Shown in pieces: positions 11,607 through 21,200 of a DNA stretch of 64,000 bases. The stretch's first letter is position 1. Each line of letters begins with the position of its first letter. The notes below the pieces were generated by a model that worked only from the letters and a program-made list of their open reading frames with translations, was not told the DNA's origin and made no database searches. The stretch is from NCBI GenBank assembly GCA_977017575.1, contig CDRNVI010000039.1, forward strand, positions 124,001-188,000, written 5' to 3'. Made by a program: the position numbers and the translations under genes. The DNA is from Paramoeba atlantica (lineage: Eukaryota > Protista > Discosea).

Positions 11607-11882
11607 CCGTATGCCACCCCAGTAATAGAATCGATTTTGGATCCGAATGGCCAAATCTCTCTTACTGGGGGTATGCTTTTTTGGTGGGAAAAAACATTTT
11701 TTGTTCATGGATGCATTGATTTTCTGCCCAGACAACCCAGCAACTACGCCATTCGCTCCCGCGCAACCACCCTCACCCAGCCCAGCGACCCCACCCGCCC
11801 AAACATCCCCCCCCCCCTCCAGCCACTCTCCCGAGACAAATCTCTGTTACTGGGGGGGGTCTATTACTGGGGGGGCATACGG
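11607..11882. mobile_element. 276-bp MITE with CCGTA-type TIR (pogo-like)
   Basis: TA|CCGTATGCC(A/C)CCCCAGTAATAGA ... TCTATTACTGGGGGGGCATACGG|TA. Confidence 0.88.
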
Positions 11883-12278
11883 TATTTAAACTATCAAAAT
11901 ACAATAGGGGAAACGATTTTGAAATTTTTTTTTTTTGCCATTTTTTTCGCCAATTTGAAATTTTTTTTCAAAACTTTTTTTCCGAAAAAATCCGAACTTG
12001 GCGGACCCGTCCTGCGGATACGAGGGGGGGTCACCCCAGGGTAGGGGGATGGAAAATGCGCGCCAAGACCCCGGCTACCCCTTCTGCGCTTTTGTTTCGA
12101 AAAGTAATTTTTTTTAAAAAAAATTGTGCGGTATGCCCCCCCATGGACCCCCCAAGGGTCCGATTTTTTTTGAAATGTTTTGGACCACCTGAGCCCCTTT
12201 TATTTATTTTTCTTCTATTATATTTATTACTGTGTTTCTCTTAATATTTTCACTGTTTTTGTTCACTTTTTTGACGCG

Positions 12279-12752
12279 GGGGAGGGGCTTTACCTCGTGG
12301 TAGGTAATTTTGAAGGAAACAAGCTTTTGAAATGATTTGTTTTGGCCCTTCGAGGCGGTGCAGACCCGCTGTTTCGGGGGAGGTGCTTTACCTCGTGGCA
12401 GGTAATTTTGAAGGAAACAAGCTTTTGAAATGATTTGTTTTGGCCCTTCGAGGCGGTGCAGGCCCGCTGTTTCGGGGGAGGTGCTTTACCTCGTGGCAGG
12501 TAATTTTGAAGGAAATAAGCTTTTGAAATGATTTGTTTTGGCCCTTCGAGGCGGTGCAGACCCGCTGTTTCGGGGGAGGTGCTTTACCTCGTGGCAGGTA
12601 ATTTTGAAGGAAATAAGCTTTTGAAATCTTTTTTTTGAAGGGCGCGCCTGGCGGGCCCTTCGAGGCGGTGCAGACCCGCTGTTTCGGGGGAGGTGCTTTA
12701 CCTCGTGGCAGGTAATTTTGAAGGAAACAAGCTTTTGAAATCTTTTTTGAAG
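12279..12752. repeat. 98-bp tandem repeat, ~4.7 units (one variant 114-bp unit)
   Basis: Motif tacctcgtgg starts at 12291, 12389, 12487, 12585 and 12699. Confidence 0.95.
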
Positions 12753-12891
12753 GTTTGTAGACATTTTACATCGAATAGTGTCAATATTATATTGATTGTG
12801 GCGCCTCGTTTGCGCAAGGGGGGATACATTAAAACCAGACGTTCCCACTTATTGTACCCACCCGGTACAATAGCGAGCTACAGGTACATTA

Positions 12892-13422
12892 CACCCCTGC
12901 CAAAAAGCATTGTAATTTATTAGTATCGACCAAAAATTCGTGGTCGATACTAATAAATACAATACTTTTTGTCGATTTCCACGAGTTGCCACTTGCCTCG
13001 AAAAAGTTGCACTTTATCATATCGGATCTGTAAAGTATACTGAAGCACAAAAACAGGTCGAACTATAAGAATCCAAGTAACTATCACAAGAACTAAATAA
13101 CTGCTGGTGCGAGGGAAAAGTGTAGCACTGTCAGTTCTTGGGAACATCAAACAAAACATGGAATTAGCAATTTAATTGTTTTGATTACTCAACGCTAAAA
13201 TAGTGTGAGAGAGGAACCATTCCGAGCCTGCTCATATCTTGCCTTAGCTTTCCGCGACATTCCAAGTGTTTCTTTACGACGAGTTTCCGATCTTTCAATG
13301 GCTTCCCTGCGTGCCCCAATTTCCTGCGTTCCTCGTCAAAACTCAAAAAAATGATCGATACTAATAAATACATTACTTTTTGTGTCCGTTATTTTTGTGG
13401 AGAATACTTTCTGGCGGGGGTG
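12892..13422. mobile_element. 531-bp relative of the 10191 MITE with a different interior
   Basis: TA|CACCCCTGCCAAAAAGCATTGT ... GAATACTTTCTGGCGGGGGTG|TA, with the same internal gtatcgacca hairpin. Confidence 0.85.
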
Positions 13423-13687
13423 TAAACCGGAATGGGGTTTAATAAAAAAGTGGACTAATAATTGTACAGGGGGTTTAAAAGTTTATACTAAAATACTAGT
13501 TAGACTATGAATAAAATGAGTTTTAAAAACGGGGGGTACAGCAGGTTTGAATTCCTGGTAGTACTCCGGCGCTCCGACCTATTTCTAGTCATCCTGACTT
13601 CCAGCGACTGTCAGGCCATTGTCAGTGACTGTCAGCGACCTCCAGCGACTGTGTACATACTTTCGAGTGTAGACGTACCCCACCCCT

Positions 13688-15097
13688 TTAAGTAAAAACT
13701 TCGAAATTTGATGCTGTGCATTTGTTTCGAAGGCGCCAATCCTCAAGGGCTAAAATGAAAGAAAGATTCGGACATATTTGTGCCCTACGGGATTCTATAT
13801 GGTTCATGGCTTGTTCAAGAGTCAAGTGAAATTCATGAATAAGATATGAGAGAACAACAGCAGGAGAACGACTGATGCCGCGATGACAGTGAATAAGAAC
13901 TTTACCGCCCGATTGACGAGTGCGATTAATAAAAAAAATACTAGGAAGAAACAATCGTGTGATATCTTCCGCGTGCTTGTCTTGTATTCCAAGTTGAAGA
14001 AAAGTTATAGAATGAGAAAGGGCATTATGAATATCTTGCGTCAGTTGCCATGATTTTGCCAATATACCATCAAGTCTGTCAGGAGCAGGAAGACAAGAAT
14101 GTATATGATCATAGGAAGTGTCAATATCGTTCCTGTATGCTTCAGATGTTCCCAGCAAACGGGAAACCTCACGTGCGTCATGATGCGTGATTTGTATTTG
14201 ATCTGGAAATACCTGTGAACAAGTCAATTGCTTTCTGTTTAGATCGCGTAATGCTAAAGAAAAAGAATTATTATCACATTCTTTAGCAACATTCAGTATA
14301 TGCGTTATTCCCAATGCTTGAAGAGCTTTTAAGTTCATCGCATCTGTATATGATCCCAAAAACAAGTAGTCTAATATCCTTGAGGCTTCAAAGGAAGGAT
14401 AAGGTGCCAACAATGTTCGGGAAAGTGTTGTAGTGTGGTGTTCCGCCGAGAAAAAATCATGACATTTCTTTCTTGAGTGCTGTGCACGGACATTAAGTTC
14501 ATGCAATTTACTCTTTCTGTCTTGTAAATTTCGTTCACTCTGTTCTGAGAATTGATCACTGCGTAGAATTGTCTTTTTACCCGATTCCCCTTCTTTTGTG
14601 CAGGGTAATACGCTATCAGAATACATTGCTTCTTGGAGCGAGAACTCTTTTTCTAAAAGAATGTCTTCGTTTTGCTCAACTTTCGATAGAGGAAGAAGAG
14701 ACAAAATCGATGCCTCTGATACATTGCTATCCGAGTTGAGCAGCACAGATGAGGAAAAATATGCCTCATCTTCGTACTGATCTATGGAAGGAAAATAAAA
14801 AATTTCTGAGGTGGAAGAGCTACTAGTTTCTTCAACGCTGACAAGCATAACAGCATCTATGCAGTGATCTTCGGATGACCGGGAAAAATTTCCGATTGAC
14901 TCATCTACATGTTGCATAGGTATATGGAAAGCTTCCGCATGCGCCACATCAAGACCTAATGATAATTTCTGACAAAACGCTATTCCACCTTCCTGTTTAG
15001 ACAAAAAAAGCGGTGAAGTTACCACTTCAATAGAGCTATCTTCTGAAATAACAGAAGAAACACTGGAAAGCGAACGAGGAAAAAACTCAGACGGCAT
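13688..15097 (-). CDS. Dual-specificity protein phosphatase with Ser-rich N-terminus
   Basis: SRILDYLFLGS..D....L..LGITHILNVA, catalytic HCHRGISRS (Cx5R) and AQICPNLSF. Confidence 0.88.
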   Translation of the reverse strand: MPSEFFPRSLSSVSSVISEDSSIEVVTSPLFLSKQEGGIAFCQKLSLGLDVAHAEAFHIPMQHVDESIGNFSRSSEDHCIDAVMLVSVEETSSSSTSEIFYFPSIDQYEDEAYFSSSVLLNSDSNVSEASILSLLPLSKVEQNEDILLEKEFSLQEAMYSDSVLPCTKEGESGKKTILRSDQFSEQSERNLQDRKSKLHELNVRAQHSRKKCHDFFSAEHHTTTLSRTLLAPYPSFEASRILDYLFLGSYTDAMNLKALQALGITHILNVAKECDNNSFSLALRDLNRKQLTCSQVFPDQIQITHHDAREVSRLLGTSEAYRNDIDTSYDHIHSCLPAPDRLDGILAKSWQLTQDIHNALSHSITFLQLGIQDKHAEDITRLFLPSIFFINRTRQSGGKVLIHCHRGISRSPAVVLSYLIHEFHLTLEQAMNHIESRRAQICPNLSFILALEDWRLRNKCTASNFEVFT

Positions 15098-15148
15098 AAA
15101 AGAAGTTATGTAAAAACGTTATTCGAAGAATACGTTGCCATCAAAGTA

Positions 15149-15788
15149 CCGATCGAGCAAAAAATTTGACGTTTTTTTAATTTGGTCCTTCGAGCTCGAA
15201 AAAAAAGTCGGACCAATATTTATGTGGACCAAAATTATTGGGGCCAAATTTTTCGTGCATTGAAACAAAAAGATATATTTTCTTGGCCTCCCTCGAGGTT
15301 TGATATCGTTATTAGATTTTTCGTTTTCCAGAAAATGAAGGACCGTACTTTTAGATTGTTTTTGCTTTGTGTGCTATTCCAGTAGCTCACAATACTTGCA
15401 ACCTTTCGTGCCACACACAATTCTCAAATTGCTCTAACTTCAGCCTCACTATATGTGTTATAGTGATGACCCTACGTGCGTAGAGTAAATATCTTGATCA
15501 AAGATTTTCTGCACCCATTCAACAGACTGAGACATTACACGAAGACTAAAAAAAGAAGTGTCGATCGAAAGAAGCAAAAATTTCTAATGACGAGTTCTAA
15601 ATTTAGTAAGATTTGAAAACGACTGACAATAAAGTCAAAAAGTATTTTGGACCGCCGCGGAAGGAAAAATAATATATATATATATATATTTATATTTTCA
15701 CCCCCCAAAAATGAAGTCGGACCAAAATTCATGTGGACCAAATTTGTTGGGGCCAAATAAAAGTGGACCAAAGTTTCTGCTCGACCGG
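15149..15788. mobile_element. 640-bp MITE
   Basis: TA|CCG(A/G)TCGAGCA TIRs inserted in an aaagTActtt-like site; internal direct repeats gtcggacca..atgtggaccaaa..ttggggccaaat and a (TA)n tract. Confidence 0.8.
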
Positions 15789-15929
15789 TACTTTAAAGTA
15801 ACTATATTTATTTTTCCCTACCTTTATCTACCTTTACTTTTTTGTCAATGATCTGCACTGGAATCGTACTATTTAGTTGAAATTTTTCAATGCCTGGGCG
15901 CTCGGGTAATACAGAAAATCGAGCTAAAT

Positions 15930-17530
15930 TTGTCGTCTTATTAGCAATAAGACCTTATACTACTTACAAGGAGGTGGAGGCCGGAAAACGATTTCTGAAT
16001 GCCGGCTCTATAGTTCACCGGAAAAGCGGAAGAAGAAGAAGAAGAACACGGAGGGCTCTGCACGGCTACCCAACCGTAGCTACCAGGACGGGCGTCCAAC
16101 CCCGTTGCATCGTGTAGGCTGTGTCTCAAGCCTCCTTTGCGTAAGCAGCACGCAATTTAGCGGCTGCAATGGAGCCTGGTTCAGCTCGGCGGTTCCGGGT
16201 CGGTCCTCCAGGGGAGCGGGGTTGGGTGTGGGCCTTGAAGGCACTCCTGATCGCTTTCCCTTTGAAGTGAGGCCGCCAGGTTGCGAGTTTTGTCGATAGC
16301 GGGAATCGAACCAACAACCTGCAAGTTGTAAGGCCCACCGTCTAACAACTACGCTCGCACCCCCCAACTACGCTCGCACCCCGAAAAGCGGAACTTTGCT
16401 TGCGGAAAAGGCACTTGGATCTCATACTCTTCAGCCCTGAGCCATAGTGAAGGAGAAGAGAGTCAGAAAGCGGGAGACGGAAAATGCTGTTGAAAATGCA
16501 GCTTGACATCAAGTCCTAAACTTTTCAAATGCGTTCGAAACCATGATATACATACCCTGGACTTAGCTCCGAGTAATTTACTCGGCATGGATCAATGATG
16601 ATTAATTTACTACATTTGAATTGATCATTAAGTCATAGAAACTGATTTTTTTCCATTTCCATTTCCATTTTCGTTCTCTGTGTTTTGTGTTCCGAATCCC
16701 CCGAAGTGATGTGATGTGCATTCGTGGTAGCGCGCGGTCGAACCACGTGTTAGGGAGGATGGGCTTTATCGGTATTGCATTGACATAAAGAGGAAAATGA
16801 TCACACTCCATGATCACACTTCCATTATATCATATAATGGTCAATCCCCCCATCACAAGCAATGCCAAAGTATATGTGCGCATCAATGTCCGAACGCACT
16901 ATTTCCCAAAGTTCATCAGTCAGTCGTGCTTCATATTTATGTAGAGAATCGGAATGCGAAGGAAATGCTGAAAGAAACTCAGTTGGGGTCATATTTTCTG
17001 GCCACAACTCTGCTAAAGTGCGAACGAACCATATAAATTGAGAAGATGGCAAGCTGGACATTGCGTGAAGGCATGGTAAAACTTTGGCACAAAAGCGATC
17101 GACTTTCAAGGATGTACCAAGGGTTTCAAGGGATGTACCAAATATTTCTCTATCAACAAAAAAAGGGAGGGTGCATCAAAGGAGGTCCCCGGATCTGCCA
17201 CTGAAATACGGCCTTTACACTCGCGTCGGTGGACTAGGTAATGATTTTTGTGGCGTCCGTGCGATTCCCAAGGGCAACGCTTGCATTTGAAATGGCAAAA
17301 ACCTTCCATACCGTCCGTAACAGCATATGCGTGATCATGGGGACAACCTGCCGAACAACGCACCACGTTGAAATCGTCTTTTAGGCACTCCTTTGTCATC
17401 AGGTACCGTGGGTCAATGCTTCTGCGTTCCGCTTGAGTGGCGTTCACTGTTACTACCTCTTTCGAGTACGGTACTCAAAACGATGAGTACCGCGAGTACC
17501 GTACTCGAGTACGGTACTCAGGTACGCACG
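15930..17530 (-). pseudogene. Fragmented hAT-like transposase remnant
   Basis: Zinc-finger-like CKRCPWES..KNHYLVH (17106-17447); LP..QFIWFV..L and FGIACDG (hAT first catalytic Asp context, 16825-17109); KSFSGL....IRS (dimerisation-like, ~15950-16000); palindromic GAGTAC(G/C)GTACTC repeats at 17464-17520. Confidence 0.55.
16032..16382 (-). mobile_element. tRNA-derived SINE, 351 bp
   Basis: 5' degenerate tRNA head with B-box GGTTCGATTCC (16302-16312) and a CTTACAA loop, a GC-rich body and a 3' (TTC)5 tail. 11-bp TSD gaaaagcggaa at 16021-16031 and 16383-16393. Confidence 0.82.
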
Positions 17531-17570
17531 AAAGTATGGTAAAAATGAGAATCTATCTAATTTCTACCAA

Positions 17571-18217
17571 AAGAGTGCTGTCAACGTGCAACAGGTCAAA
17601 ACTGAGAATTGTGACGAAAATTTGCAAAAAAGTGCTTTTTTACGCGGCAATGTGCAACTGACCATTCTCAGAATTGTGACTTTTACTGTAGACGAATTAT
17701 AGGTCTATTTTACCTTGAAAGACAATCTTTCATTATTCATATCCGATGGAAAGGATCGTAAGAATAGAATCTAACGATTTGACGCAGAAACTCTCCTCCA
17801 TCCCACACGAGAACGATGATCGACATAAACGTCTTGCTGACTGTAGCGTACACCGAGCCACAGCACGCGAACGGGATCGTGATTGGGGAATTATTCAGGA
17901 TGCTCTCAAAATTCAGGATACGAAAGAAGTAACGAAAGAAGCAGCGACTCCGCAAACTATGGAGATCGCACGAGATAGTTGGAGATCTCTGGGGATCATT
18001 TTTGTGCACCCAAAGAGGCCACTTGCATACTCTCCGCTGCTAACGTTGCAACTTTTTATATTTTTTAAGAATGAGAATTATGATTTTACGTCATGAAAAA
18101 GTGCCTGTCAATGTTCAATCGACAAAATCTGAGAATAGTAACGAAAAGCGATAAAAACGCCGTTTTTTCTGTGTCAATGTACAACTCAGCATTCTGAGAA
18201 TAGTGACGTTTACTGTA
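17571..18217. repeat. Two direct copies (~17571-17690, ~18095-18217) of a transposon-end-like block ending gagaat(t/a)gtgac(t/g)tttactg|TA
   Basis: Diverged ~120-bp direct repeats, each an internal dimer. The reverse complement starts TA|CAGTAAA, like Tc1/mariner ends. Confidence 0.65.
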
Positions 18218-18237
18218 ATTACGCCCAACTTCTGCTT

Positions 18238-21200
18238 TTATGATTTTAGACTACCGGAGTGCAATAGGTCCCTTAAAAGCTGCACTGATATGCGGTGACC
18301 TACCCAAAACCAAAGTTGATCAATTGCCTGTTCAAACAAAATTTCCAAACCCGAAACTAGAGTGCAAGTTGGATGATAGGCTCGAACAAAACTAAGAAAT
18401 GGAGTTAGTGCGGAACAGCAATCGTGCTCTTTCGAACGAATAATTTGTCCAGAATATAGAATTTGAGGGGGACATGAAGCACTCTGTGTGGCAGTGTACG
18501 AAAGATCCACCGCAAGACAATTTCCGGTTTGAAACAAACTATCTGGATAAGAAACAACAGCATGACCAGGAACTGTCGAAATCACGACGGAGGCCCCGCC
18601 AGAACTTTCTTGAAAAGAACAAAGAGAAAAATAATTAATTAAATTAAAATCCAAAATCGTTAAGCTTTCTCCAAGTCCCTGTGAAGTAAACCAAGATAGA
18701 AGCTGTTTCGCACGTTTTAATGAACGGTTCAAAATAAAAATTCGGGTGCAACCAAAGTGTAGTAAAGCGTAAACAGCTGACCGAGCCGAACCGCCAGCCC
18801 CCAAAACATATCCTCGTGTTTCATGAAAGGAATTCACAGGGCAAGATGATAATTCTGAGCATCTCTGAAGATGCCAGTGCCTTAGAAAACGGAAGATTGC
18901 CACCCAATCTGTATTTTCACCGTAGAATGCATCTGCCTCATCCACTGAACCATACTTACGAGCAATCGTATTGATGCACCCAATAATTTGTGCATGTGGG
19001 CTGACATTCCGTAACATTTGAAAGGCCTTTTCCTTGTGAGGTATAGTAATGGAAGCGCCACGAAATGTAGGATCTTCCAAAAGTTGTCCCCACGCCTGAT
19101 CAAAATCAGGACAGTCCACCACGTGATAACTGTGTGGCAAACCAAGAACATGGAACGCCGTGCGATGTAATGTAGGAGAATAAGAATAAGAAATTTGGTC
19201 GCCTACAACATAAAATGTACCGGGAAGTGTCAAGCCGAGCTGTGCTCGCAGCTGATTCATCGCGTGTAGGGTGAGTTGACCAGAGGCCGCGGGAAAAGGG
19301 AGCAACTCGTGGGTGACGGGAGAAAGTATTGTGCCCAGAATGCGTGAAAGAGCCCCGCCGGAGGCAGATGATACTGCCAAAAAAGGTAGACGGTTGTGTA
19401 GAACGGAGGACAGTAATTGTTGAAAACGGTACTGATCGGAGGGACGTGACAAGCCAAGAACAATTTTAACAATGTCACAGCCTGATTGGAGCAGTGAGAA
19501 AACAACGTCGAGGATGTTGAGTTCCGAGAAGGTGATGGAGGGGTCGTGATAGGACCCGACAATGAGAGTCACAAGGGGGAAATGTTGAGGGAGGGAGTAG
19601 GACTGCGCAAGAGAAAGGATGCAGAAAGCATCACGGTTACCATCGTCGAAACGTTGAGGAGATAAAGAAGCATGCTCGATATCGACGAATTCGCAACCAT
19701 AGCGTAGAGCAAGAGAGATCAATTTGGCGTAGTGCTCCGTTGTACCAACGAACTTGCCACCTTGTTGTACTGACCGTACAGTGAATAAAAGATAAAGGTC
19801 TGGGGTAAGAAAACGCAAATATTGAATTTCCTTGGCAACATTTTGAATGCCCGTCGCGCTGTCTTCTAGCAGGTCCGCTCGCAGCTCAACAACGTCGCAT
19901 CCAGCAACCAGTCGCGGAAAATCCCTTTTTAGATGTTGCTCTGACGAAAAATTGTAAGTGGGCAACGTAAGAGATAGCATGTGGGAGCTACGTAAACACT
20001 GAGAATCCCAACGCTTCGTGCTGGAAATAAAATTCAAAAACCGTTCCAAGATATTGACATTTGATTCAATGGAGAAATCGCCTTTGCATTTTACAGACGA
20101 ATTCTCAGACTTTGAAAAACCAAGTATCAAGTACTCATAAGATGTGGCCTTACGCATTTCAGACAGTGCTTTTTCGGAAAGGTGATTAATCCCGTAATCA
20201 TCTAATACAAGAGTACTACACGATAGTTGGCGCACGGGACGTAGTACACTCTCTAAAGTTGAATCAAAAAAGGAAACATTTGATGAAGTGTCTGCTGGAC
20301 GAAAAAGAAGAGAAGACCAAAGCTCAGAATCAAAAAGAGGCGGACATAGGATTAGAGTAACATTTTGTGTGACTTTTGGATGCTGGGCTGGTAGCTTCGC
20401 TAGCTCAGACTTAAAATTCAAAAATATGTTCGGCTCATTAGTCACTAGCTTCCATGAGGATTCTGATAAATCGAGTAAATTCCATCCTTGCGTTCTGTTA
20501 AGCTCACACAGCACTCGCACACACGCGCGCAAGTTTTTTAGATCAATAGAGTTGTTGTAAGGAACAAGATGTAGAACCGTATTTTGAGGCGTGCGGAATT
20601 CAGGGACTCGGCACGTCTTCATTCCTCGTGGTTTCCCAAGTGCGTCACCCAACCCAACGAAGGAAGACGACAAGGAAGATTCAATCGCATCCGTTCCACT
20701 CGCTTTGAGCGAAAGGTGAAAAATTCGGTTCAAGTGGTCCCAAAACTCCGGATAAGTTTTTTCTACACACCATGGGTCGACTATCGTAAGTCCCCCCGGA
20801 ATCCGACAGGACAATATTGCAAATGACATTGCGATGCGGTGATCGCCGTAGCAATAGATGGGCTGAGACTGCCTCATGGAGGCAAATGACTTACTGTGAA
20901 TATCTATCCCATCGTCAGTCTCCTGCGCGTGTACGCCTAGCTTACGCAGTTCCGTGACCATCGCTTGGATACGGTTACTCTCCTTCAAACGTTGAGAGGC
21001 AATTCCTGTGATACGATGCACCAAGCTCACGAAACCCTCATCATTGGATACCACGCTCCCTCTTGTTATTCCACACAACAGCACAGCGGCGGTCATAAAC
21101 GTATCCGAGAGTGCACCCATGTCGATACAAAATCCAGTATTCGACCGCAGACCGTTACCCCCGTTCGAGGCAACCACCACTTTCCTGGCCTCCATACGCA

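Noticed and set aside
365-12244. Numerous 60-220 aa ORFs rich in F/K/G/P in the repeat zone
   Set aside because: They translate homopolymer tracts of non-coding repeats and recur in different frames in each copy.
12279-12752. CRISPR array
   Set aside because: Units are contiguous 98-bp repeats without unique spacers; no cas genes; eukaryotic context.
13186-13205. Spliced-leader RNA gene (aacgctaaaatag resembles the SL start)
   Set aside because: The conserved ACAGTTTCTGTAC block and GT donor are absent; the match lies within a MITE interior.
16291-16362. Functional tRNA-Val(UAC) gene
   Set aside because: Acceptor, anticodon and T stems do not pair; the TSD and tail show it is a SINE head.
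17746-18096. Plus-strand 116-aa ORF between the two transposon-end blocks
   Set aside because: Opposite to the cluster strand, no recognisable domain, and embedded in element-derived DNA.
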